The notes under the pieces were generated by a model. That model made no database searches and had not been told where the DNA came from. It saw only the letters and a list, made by a program, of their open reading frames with translations. The translations under genes and the position numbers were made by a program. Shown here piece after piece: positions 60,001-64,000 of a stretch of DNA of 64,000 bases (position 1 is the first letter of the stretch; every line of letters starts with the position of its first letter). This DNA is from Macrostomum lignano (lineage: Eukaryota): positions 156,235 to 220,234 of the forward strand of contig NIVC01002165.1 of assembly GCA_002269645.1 (NCBI GenBank), written 5' to 3'.

Positions 60001-60302
60001 TCATCAACTGTCTGGCAGTGGGCCTGAGCTCCGGCTGCGTCCGCCTGCTCAACAGCTGGGACCTGGGCGACCTGGCCTTCATCCGGCCCGGCTTAGCCTC
60101 GCCGGCGCCGCTCCTGGCGCTCGCCTTCTCGCGCGACTGTCGCCGTTTGTACGCGTCGGATCGGGACAATCGGGTCTTTGTGCTGGAGGCGCCGGTCGAC
60201 CCCTACCTCAGCGGCGGAGGCGGCTCCGGAGGCGGCGGCGGCGGCGGAGGCGGCGGCATGGGTCAGAAAACTTCCAAGCAGCAGTTCGCCGCCTTCCTGT
60301 GA
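1..60302 (+). CDS. LYST: LYST/Beige (lysosomal trafficking regulator) orthologue, 5'-truncated by the window. 14 exons: 1-228, 1642-1821, 3681-4133, 4622-4816, 5076-5379, 23340-23879, 33613-35040, 37852-38082, 38224-40650, 46670-47116, 55462-56388, 57401-57663, 58433-59059, 59871-60302
   Basis: All junctions are GT-AG and phases are mutually compatible. LYST-type motifs appear in order: LHPPASTYVC..FYFSL; LTHEQAVW..WQIDPTEGPSRVRVRLKRC; PH-like domain (EVHLRRYELRDNALEIFL); BEACH ([75 protein letters not shown]); C-terminal WD40 repeats; TGA at 60300-60302. YSNSGTVLH and RTFHS..WRLSS recall LYST rather than neurobeachin/WDFY3. Confidence 0.93.
316..810. repeat. Dispersed repeat rich in GACTCT/AGAGTC motifs (probable non-autonomous element)
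   Basis: GCCGTGAC(A/C)AGAAT(T/G)GCTAAAGAGTCATTGCAAACA.CTCACTAGTGACTCT... recurs at 60338-60609; right boundary approximate. Confidence 0.65.
841..1601. repeat. 12-bp minisatellite (CCCTGCTACCCT)n
   Basis: Direct inspection; source of the LPAT ORFs. Confidence 0.95.
1642..1821 (+). CDS. LYST: LYST exon
   Basis: Acceptor TTGCAG|GAC, donor ATG|GTGAGC, 60 codons, phase 0/0. Confidence 0.75.
2152..2412 (-). mobile_element. tRNA-headed SINE with partly deleted CORE-like domain
   Basis: Minus strand has A-box-like TAGTGGTCAGAGC and B-box GGTTCGATTCCC, then TGTGTCCTTGAGCAA..GTAAAATGGG and a 3' hairpin. Second copy at ~32184-32482. Confidence 0.75.
3055..3668. repeat. 16-bp minisatellite (CCACAACCCACAAACT)n
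   Basis: Direct inspection; ends ~12 nt before acceptor 3681. Confidence 0.95.
3681..4133 (+). CDS. LYST: LYST exon
   Basis: Acceptor TTTTCTCAG|CTG, donor GAG|GTCTGT, 151 codons (LYFLYSEV...LLQMLKLSPSSAARLAAE). Confidence 0.8.
4141..4505. repeat. 20-bp minisatellite (GTTGCTGAGTAGGATGAGTA)n
   Basis: Direct inspection; starts just after donor 4134. Confidence 0.95.
4622..4816 (+). CDS. LYST: LYST exon
   Basis: Acceptor TTCCACAG|GAC, donor CGA|GTGAGT, 65 codons. Confidence 0.8.
5076..5379 (+). CDS. LYST: LYST exon (GFTLSFWIRL, start of ConA-like region)
   Basis: Acceptor CCACAG|TCT, donor ACTA|GTGAGT in phase 1, which matches the phase-1 acceptor at 23340. Confidence 0.8.
5366..5985. repeat. 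33-bp minisatellite (CATCTGTACACTAGTGAGTAGTTTGCCTTGTGC)x~19 spanning the exon/intron border
   Basis: GT(G/A)AGT recurs every 33 nt from 5380 to 5974. Confidence 0.95.
6224..8316. repeat. 16-bp minisatellite (TATGAAGTGTCGGAGA)n with higher-order variant blocks
   Basis: Direct inspection; source of the 740-aa minus ORF. Confidence 0.95.
8879..12368. repeat. 22-bp G-rich satellite (CGGATGATCAGGAGTTGAGGGG)n; second copy at ~15777-19268
   Basis: Direct inspection. Confidence 0.95.
12709..13190. repeat. 49-bp tandem repeat; second copy at ~19608-20089
   Basis: TAGAAGTCCTTGAACTCCAGTTTCCATTCCAAATGCTAGTATGTAGGTC, period 49. Confidence 0.93.
13577..14935. repeat. 22-bp C-rich satellite (GCTCCGTTCCCCGCTCCCTCCT)n; second copy at ~20476-21835
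   Basis: Direct inspection; source of the Pro/Ser and Arg/Glu/Gly ORFs. Confidence 0.95.
22708..23086. repeat. 21-bp minisatellite (GGCGCCAAAATCAGAGC[AATT/TTGT/CTGT])n
   Basis: Direct inspection. Confidence 0.93.
23340..23879 (+). CDS. LYST: LYST exon (ConA-like region)
   Basis: Acceptor CCCCGCAAG|GC, donor AAAG|GTGAGA, phase 1/1; ends YQIGGVALFK. Confidence 0.8.
23910..24472. repeat. 28-bp minisatellite (CCCAGATCCTCAGTTGCTGGGCCAGCCT)n; same family at 57749-58380
   Basis: Direct inspection. Confidence 0.95.
24681..27962 (+). mobile_element. Full-length autonomous DNA transposon, Chapaev-type (CMC superfamily, Transib/RAG1-related)
   Basis: TIRs 24681-24921 and 27722-27962 (~241 bp; the 4 mismatches I found are all at the inner end). 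Termini 5'-CACAGC...GCTGTG-3'. CATA flanks both ends (24677-24680, 27963-27966), a 4-bp TSD. One internal transposase ORF. Confidence 0.92.
25426..27531 (+). CDS. Chapaev-type DDE transposase, 701 aa, intronless and uninterrupted
   Basis: N-terminal H-x7-CxxC-x33-P-x3-CxxC...CxCxxC (Chapa-like zinc finger), GRPKK AT-hook-like motif, second Cys/His cluster. Catalytic D (GMDSGG), D (SMDMKMAN..GL...CPWC), then ELHLMLG, TTPKVHALIDH, and E (WSEQAGEAVH). Same order as RAG1-core/Transib motifs. Confidence 0.88.
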   Translation: MPSTALTHSENRLKVCLICFKKGASHEPIRDANLQRINRNFIEDIDITDESLPASLCARCRKLLLDVDSGRKPVDALPQPYDFSKVKQTAVTRQNPLCHCDLCEVARMTPIGQGLGSAKVPAHPIGRPKKSNDQLPVALPAKICRRCLCILRRGVSHCCTITQRRENLCTEYSVDQRGAEMHAAKVIKRKAVDAHGAAPIQLATRGRNLTLSLLAPSQAKNSAAFYDSPISASEMSCFQQALSLSRRQTRTAAQFFRKWKGRKSIEAGLESKLQQLDSSLSEYFSVTDAEFEISGGQKKRCSVVFCRDPAGLIDYMLQHRRAPFGSEFVAKVGMDSGGDFLKICLSLIVDTSTDASDFETQAADVCSSHFAEGGVKRLMLLGIVQGVKETYANLKTMLDLLNMKGVRYYCSMDMKMANIFLGLQACSSLHPCPWCECRRNLFGDAHRDIQLRTLGAIRRNAAQYQQAARQHRGSLQLGAANFKNCVHDPLTDLPDDTEVLTIVPPMELHLMLGITNRLLEELDTRLQATNDCSVRIDDWLARLGVQRQPQHGRQINGNDCAKVLESVDQLEQMVRDCDACLGMPVVFALRCFREVKRTCFSLELRDGFETAVAHFAQAYADLGISTTPKVHALIDHVVPFLSSADNNEARHGLGFWSEQAGEAVHRDFNSLWCRSYKVSPTNPQYAQQLLKCTVAYCSRHL
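28630..29110. repeat. 21-bp polypyrimidine minisatellite (CTCTCTTTTCCCTCTCTTACC)n
   Basis: Direct inspection. Confidence 0.95.
30012..30089. repeat. (TC)n microsatellite, ~39 units
   Basis: Direct inspection. Confidence 0.97.
30372..31490. repeat. 44-bp purine-rich minisatellite
   Basis: GGGAGATGCAGGTTGAGATGGAGATAAAGAGACTGGATAGGTGA, period 44. Confidence 0.94.
32184..32482 (-). mobile_element. tRNA-headed CORE-like SINE, more complete copy
   Basis: A/B boxes followed by TGTGTCCTTGAGCAAGACACTTAACTCTGCATTGCTTCAGTTCACCCAGCTGTAAAATGGG, which resembles the MIR CORE. The tail is near-identical to the copy at 2152-2412. Confidence 0.78.
33253..33543. repeat. 19-bp minisatellite (GGGGTAACCCAGGTCATAT)n
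   Basis: Direct inspection. Confidence 0.94.
33613..35040 (+). CDS. LYST: LYST exon
   Basis: Acceptor TTTGAACAG|AG, donor CCTT|GTGAGT; EWAMTLCGLGPDWTSL ... LLLHPPASTYVCFDANKFYFSL. Confidence 0.85.
35108..35910. repeat. 21-bp minisatellite (GAGTGACTCTCTTGACCAGAG)n
   Basis: Direct inspection. Confidence 0.95.
36690..37309. repeat. 55-bp tandem repeat
   Basis: GCGTACAAAGCGTATCAGGTTTGGTGCGGGATGCGCGTGAGCTATTTTTAGCCAA, period 55. Confidence 0.94.
37852..38082 (+). CDS. LYST: LYST exon (low-complexity Ser/Ala/Asn)
   Basis: Acceptor TTCCCAACAG|TT, donor GGCG|GTGAGT, phase 1/1. Confidence 0.7.
38224..40650 (+). CDS. LYST: LYST exon block with several apparent frameshifts (may hide small introns)
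   Basis: Acceptor ACGCAG|AC, donor AAG|GTGAGG. LYST-like segments (LESILALALHPSAEVRVRVAQLF; VQLYRLLVHLVSPASAPEQR; QRKRLLDDMK) lie in different frames. Confidence 0.7.
40720..42215. repeat. 20-bp minisatellite (TTGATTGGGTAGGTTGATGA)n
   Basis: Direct inspection. Confidence 0.95.
42590..44150. repeat. 14-bp G-run minisatellite (AGAGGGGAGACAGT)n
   Basis: Direct inspection. Confidence 0.95.
45550..46625. repeat. 35-bp minisatellite (GGAGTTGAGCTGTCTAGTTGGGGTGCGAGTACATT)n
   Basis: Direct inspection. Confidence 0.95.
46670..47116 (+). CDS. LYST: LYST exon (DUF1088-like region and start of PH domain)
   Basis: Acceptor CTCTGCAG|GTC, donor CAG|GTGAGT, 149 codons; WQIDPTEGPSRVRVRLKRC. Confidence 0.9.
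47160..47781. repeat. 20-bp minisatellite (GGTATTGGTGTCAGGGAACA)n
   Basis: Direct inspection. Confidence 0.95.
48786..50408 (-). CDS. Rhodopsin-like (class A) GPCR, probably peptide-receptor-like orphan, nested antisense in a LYST intron
   Basis: Seven hydrophobic segments with GN (TM1), LAxxD (TM2), DRF (TM3), Y at the end of TM5, SYLP (TM6), NxxVNPVIY (TM7). First ATG at 50408 (the track's 50594 start is non-ATG and lies in a dispersed repeat). Possible acceptor at 50477; minus-strand AATAAA at 48650-48655. Confidence 0.9.
   Translation of the reverse strand: MKFTMSSNSSIRDSQLSQMMQATQQGGELPLAMSVAITLSLGALALIGLFGNILVVFFFHRGLRELPQNVYVIALATLDLTVCSVVIPSTIYQDVWRAATTDFMCKIFHILRCSLVTSSAFLLCLIAVDRFAIICFVPGIQTGRRQAVRLIGLTLLLGFAVGTPLGLTTGTRRTVIVKLPGRVLSRPVTMAHCIADYSILPMITVRVYKACLTLLFLCMLLAIMFFYANIFYFVRKRQRRWDKSRSYVSRVSNAKDKGKGKAGRSSIANNTNADGINRIKDCQPDRQNNGILETDIDQALGGQEAAASSCAVKFANKEISVADDDGNSQEAEPRREEEADEEAPEQRRMLVGSQRREDSVVSNRLAQAQKHLSERTRKRPHIKTAKVLSIITFFYLLSYLPFFLVFHLQEAGAGRSGGATTGGINLSDWQSYQAAAASFGNWSSAAASGGNYSQQQNSSWWRRLYSSGSSGSEGGSSSNEGSHVGLGGLFMQTVYYFYFINHGVNPVIYGCMNRFFKQQVCGMLNSLRLRCRRGLACLGN
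53386..53547. repeat. Short dispersed hairpin-forming repeat (CAGCCATGAGGGCC..CCAAGGCACAG family). Other copies at 23111-23265 (same orientation), 50520-50662 and ~51770-51845 (opposite), fragment at 2506-2530
   Basis: Shared GTGTACA..CCTGAC-loop-GTCAGG..TGTACACCCTGTG core visible in several copies. Confidence 0.7.
54700..55425. repeat. 25-bp minisatellite (CGTCACCCCAGAGAGTCACACCAAG / ..ACATCAAC)n
   Basis: Direct inspection; ends ~35 nt before acceptor 55462. Confidence 0.94.
55462..56388 (+). CDS. LYST: LYST exon (PH + BEACH domain), with a 1-nt frameshift at ~55788-55790
   Basis: Acceptor CCCGCAG|GCT, donor ACAG|GTAATG. NDLMQYP and VFPWVLADY are in different frames because a C run is one base short. 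Confidence 0.93.
56440..57347. repeat. ~19-bp G-rich minisatellite (GAGATTG(G/A)GGATCTGGGTT)n
   Basis: Direct inspection. Confidence 0.94.
57401..57663 (+). CDS. LYST: LYST exon (end of BEACH)
   Basis: Acceptor ACGCGCAG|GC, donor CAG|GTGCGC; VNLFHPYTYFG..IETMIKTYGQTPKQLF. Confidence 0.88.
57749..58380. repeat. 28-bp minisatellite (CCCAGATCCTCAGTTTCTGGGCCAGCCT)n
   Basis: Same family as 23910-24472. Confidence 0.95.
58433..59059 (+). CDS. LYST: LYST exon (WD40 repeats)
   Basis: Acceptor ACCACAG|GTT, donor CAG|GTAAGG, 209 codons; LLGHRSAVTAAHACPEFALLATGDAAGRVLLWD. Confidence 0.88.
59160..59817. repeat. 16-bp minisatellite (GTAGGGTCAAGGTCGG)n
   Basis: Direct inspection. Confidence 0.95.
59871..60302 (+). 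CDS. LYST: LYST terminal exon (WD40 repeats, stop)
   Basis: Acceptor GCCGCAG|GGC; LTVYTANGALVG..LAVGLSSGCVRLLNSWDL; TGA at 60300-60302. Confidence 0.88.
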   Translation, partial: GQGSQLTVYTANGALVGSVSSGGGGGGGDRITCAVYSSLPEGRFINCLAVGLSSGCVRLLNSWDLGDLAFIRPGLASPAPLLALAFSRDCRRLYASDRDNRVFVLEAPVDPYLSGGGGSGGGGGGGGGGMGQKTSKQQFAAFL

Positions 60303-60337
60303 CCGCGGACGCGTGAAGTCGGGGTGTCAGGCGTTCA

Positions 60338-60609
60338 GCCGTGACCAGAATGGCTAAAGAGTCATTGCAAACAGCTCACTAGTGACTCTGAATAACTTTT
60401 TAGCGATTGCAAAGCGACTGAGAGGCGACTGTTGAGTCGAGAGCGCATCAAATTCGTCCAAGAGTCGCTTTGCTAGCGCTCAACCTTCTACTAACTGAAG
60501 TAGACTAAATAGAGTTGTTAGAAATGCGAAATCCAGCGACTCCAGCACGCCTCAGAGACCAATCTGCGGCCCCAGAGTCGCAGACAATGAAACGCCTGAA
60601 ATTGACTCT
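60338..60609. repeat. Shorter copy of the 316-810 dispersed repeat, immediately after the LYST stop codon
   Basis: Colinear similarity to 316-679 with internal deletions. Confidence 0.65.
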
Positions 60610-61231
60610 ATAAGGTCATAGGTATAAATTTAATTAGGTCATGCTAAAGTGCATTGAATCTGGTCAATAATCTGCATGCTACTGATATAATTTCTCCTAC
60701 AAAAAGCATAATAACGTACGAGCTATATATTACTTAGACATAGTAGTATCCAATGCAAATTAAAGCAGTTTTGTGTTGTATTTGGTTCTCAGTGCCCCGT
60801 TGCTATGTATTTGTGCCGTCATTCCCTGTGTACATAAGCCAACTTTCCATGATTGCAAAGATTAGCCTAATCCTGCTAGTTGCTATGGCAATGCACTGAC
60901 GCCTTATTGGTAAATGTTTTTTTGCTTATTTGGATCGAATATTTTGTTATTTTTTATTTCCAAACTATTCTTTTTATTTTTTACTGCATTACCGTTTTTC
61001 GTATCAATCGATCAATCAAATTGCACTGTAATGAGCAGCTCCTCAATACCGGACATTATTTTGTATTGCAGTTTTCCTAAAACTTCACTTGATTCACAGC
61101 AACGCGTCAAATACAGAGAGACTGCACTCCTTGATTCTGTAATGCCGTTGTACTATCGCAGTTTTATAATTGAACCTCTGACTGAATCTTTGAGTTGCAT
61201 TTCTGACTGAAATCACATTTGGGGGCTTCAG

Positions 61232-62718
61232 TGGAGGTCAGTAACTAAACAGCTGACAAGATTGAGGTCAGTAACCAAACAGCTGACCAGATTGAGGTCA
61301 GTAACTAAACAGCTGACCAGATTGAGGTCAGTAACTAAACAGCTGACCAGATTGAGGTCAGTAACTAAACAGCTGACCAGATAATTAAAGTCAGTACCTA
61401 AACAGCTGATCAGATTGAGGTCAGTAACCAAACAGCTGACAAGATTGAGGTCAGTAACTAAACAGCTGACCAGATTGAGGTCAGTAACTAAACAGCTGAC
61501 CAGATTGAGGTCAGTAACTAAACAGCTGACAGATTGAGGTCAGTAACTAAACAGCTGACCAGATTGAGGTCAGTAACTAAACAGCTGACCAGATTGAGGT
61601 CAGTAACTAAACAGCTGACCAGATAATTAAAGTCAGTAACTAAACAGCTGACCAGATAATTAAAGTCAGTAACTAAACAGCTGACTAGATTGAGTCAGTA
61701 CCTAAACAGCTGACCAGATTGAGGTCAGTACCTAAACAGCTGACCAGATTGAGGTCAGTACCTAAACAGCTGACCAGATTGAGGTCAGTACCTAAACAGC
61801 TGACCAGATTGAGGCAGTAACTAAACAGCTGACCAGATTGAGGTCAGTACTAAACAGCTGACCAGATTGAGGCAGTAACTAAACAGCTGACCAGATTGAG
61901 TCAGTACTAAACAGCTGACCAGATTGAGTCAGTAACTAAACAGCTGACCAGATAATTAGTCAGTAACTAAACAGCTGACCAGATTGAGTTCAGTACCTAA
62001 ACAGCTGACCAGATTGAGGTCAGTACTAAACAGCTGACCAGATTGAGGTCAGTAACTAAACAGCTGACCAGATTGAGTCAGTAACTAAACAGCTGACCAG
62101 ATTGAGTTCAGTACCTAAACAGCTGACCAGATTGAGGTCAGTACCTAAACAGCTGACCAGATTGAGGTCAGTACCTAAACAGCTGACCAGATTGAGTCAG
62201 TAACTAAACAGCTGACCAGATAGGTCAGTAACTAAACAGCTGACAAGATTGAGGTCAGTACCTAAACAGCTGACCAGATTGAGGTCAGTAACTAAACAGC
62301 TGACCAGATAATTATAGTCAGTAACTAAACAGCTGACCAGATTGAGTTCAGTACTAAACAGCTGACCAGATTGAGGTCAGTACCTAAACAGCTGACCAGA
62401 TTGAGGTCAGTACCTAAACAGCTGACCAGATTGAGGCAGTAACTAAACAGTTGACAAGATTGAGGTCAGTAACTAAACAGCTGACAAGATTGAGGTCAGT
62501 AACTAAACAGCTGACAAGATTGAGGTCAGTACCTAAACAGCTGACAAGATTGAGGTCAGTAACTAAACAGCTGACAAGATTGAGGTCAGTAACTAAACAG
62601 CTGACAAGATTGAGGTCAGTACCTAAACAGCTGACAAGATTGAGGTCAGTAACTAAACAGCTGACAAGATTGAGGTCAGTAACTAAACAGCTGACCAGAT
62701 TGAGGTCAGCTGACCAGA
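61232..62718. repeat. 30-bp minisatellite (ATTGAGGTCAGTAACTAAACAGCTGACCAG)n
   Basis: Direct inspection; head-to-tail with no spacers. Confidence 0.95.
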
Positions 62719-62840
62719 TTGAGTTCAAGCTTAGCAATTGTATATTTTAGGCGATCCTAACTGACTAAATTCCAGTATAAGTGGCAGTGCATTTGCACTC
62801 GAAAGGCATTAAGCTAAATCTATAATGTTTCCTATTTCTG

Positions 62841-63168
62841 CTAAGTATGCATCGAATTCAGTCCTAAATCTGTCACTAGACAGCCAGTCCATTGACATCC
62901 GCCTAGCACTTCCGGCGGCGGCGCGGGCCAGTACTTCCTCCGGCTGAGAGAGCTGTCTCTCCTCTTGCCCAGATCTCTGATGCTGTCGTAGAAGTTTGAC
63001 AGTGCGCCGGGACCGGCCGCCGCTACGAAGAGCCGCCGCCGCTGTCTGCGGGAGAATCTGTCTGATCCTTCCCGCCCGGGTGCGGCCTTCGGCACGGCAA
63101 GCGTCGCCAGACAAGTAGGAGACACCGACAACGAGAGCAGCAGGAAGACAATGGCCGCTGCCACAGGC
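62841..63168 (-). CDS. Last coding exon of a putative secreted neuropeptide precursor (ATG presumably in an upstream exon outside the window)
   Basis: Hydrophobic signal-like stretch VAAAIVFLLLSLSVSPTCLA, then RRQRRR, then peptide LFVAAAGPGALSNFYDSIRDL-G-KRR, then RRK. GC-rich island. In-frame TGA just upstream of candidate acceptor CTCAG|G. Confidence 0.55.
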
Positions 63169-63199
63169 CTGAGTCAGTGCCGCCTGCGGCTGGTGAAAC

Positions 63200-64000
63200 C
63201 TGAGGAGTGGGTTGGCGTGCTGGTGAACCTGAGGAGTGGGTTGGCGTGCTGGTGAACCTGAGGAGTGGGTTGGCGTGCTGGCTGAGGAGTGGGTTGGCGT
63301 GCTGGCTGAGGAGTGGGTAGGCGTGTTGGCTGAGGAGTGGGTTGGCGTGCTGGTGAACCTGAGGAGTGGGTTGGCGTGCTGGTGAACCTGAGGAGTGGGT
63401 TGGCGTGCTGGTGAACCTGAGGAGTGGGTTGGTGTGTTGGCTGAGGAGTGGGTTGGCGTGCTGGTGAACCTGAGGAGTGGGTTGGCGTGCTGGTGAACCT
63501 GAGAGTGGGTTGGCGTGCTGGTGAACCTGAGGAGTGGGTTGGTGTGCTGGTGGACCTGAGGAGTGGGTTGGCGTGCTGGCTGAGGAGTGGGTTGGCGTGC
63601 TGGTGAACCTGAGGAGTGGGTTGGTGTGCTGGTGGACCTGAGGAGTGGGTTGGGTGCTGGCTGAGGAGTGGGTTGGCGTGCTGGCTGAGGAGTGGGTTGG
63701 CGTGCTGGCTGAGGAGTGGGTTGGCGTGCTGGCTGAGGAGTAGGTTGGCGTGCTGGCTGAGGAGTGGGTTGGCGTGCTGCTGAGGAGTAGGTTGGCGTGC
63801 TGGCTGAGGAGTGGGTTGGCGTGCTGGCTGAGGAGTGGTTGGCGTGCTGGCTGAGGAGTGGGTTGGCGTGCTGGCTGAGGAGTGGGTTGGCGTGCTGGCT
63901 GAGGAGTGGGTTTGGCGTGCTGGCTGAGGAGTGGGTTGGTGTGCTGGTGAACCTGAGGAGTGGGTTGGCGTGCTGGCTGAGGATTGGTTGGCGTGCTGGC
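63200..64000. repeat. 24/30-bp minisatellite (CTGAGGAGTGGGTTGGCGTGCTGG[TGAAC..])n, runs off the window
   Basis: Direct inspection. Confidence 0.94.

Noticed and set aside
61232-62718. CRISPR-like palindromic 30-bp repeats (also the 33-, 49- and 55-bp arrays)
   Set aside because: Head-to-tail with no unique spacers, no cas genes, eukaryotic context
62809-63114. Alternative minus-strand frame ending ..DRFRTEFDAYLAEIGNIIDLA (faint NPF-like look)
   Set aside because: No signal peptide or amidation site, AT-rich codons at the end; the overlapping frame has clearer precursor hallmarks. Cannot be fully excluded given indel noise
798-64000. Many long repetitive ORFs in the track (e.g. 2967-4142 N-terminal part, 6199-8421, 13289-15110, 20232-22115, 23192-24502 tail, 30342-31630, 35081-35854, 41344-42261, 47184-47834, 54700-55839 N-terminal part)
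   Set aside because: They are translations of stop-free minisatellites inside LYST introns, open in several frames or strands at once, with the period of the DNA unit

Overview
Eukaryotic (metazoan) genomic DNA. GC-rich exons full of poly-Ala/Gly/Gln separated by minisatellite-packed introns suggest a Macrostomum-like free-living flatworm (inference only). Almost the whole window (1-60302, + strand) is the 3' part of one large spliced gene, a LYST/Beige (BEACH-WD40) orthologue. I reconstructed 14 exons with GT-AG borders and matching phases. Several apparent single-base frameshifts are present, either long-read errors or a decaying duplicate. The introns hold: (i) an intact 3.28-kb DNA transposon with ~241-bp TIRs, CAC..GTG termini, a 4-bp TSD and a 701-aa Chapaev-type (RAG1/Transib-related) DDE transposase; (ii) a nested antisense rhodopsin-class GPCR with an uninterrupted CDS; (iii) two tRNA-headed CORE-like SINEs; (iv) a 6.9-kb tandem duplication; (v) more than 20 different minisatellite arrays, most abutting splice sites. 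One array is a 19-fold amplification of the 5' splice site itself, and two others bracket an exon as reverse complements. At the right end a convergent minus-strand exon encodes what looks like an amidated neuropeptide precursor. Most long ORFs in the supplied track are artefacts of the tandem repeats. No CRISPR array, rRNA or intact tRNA gene was found.
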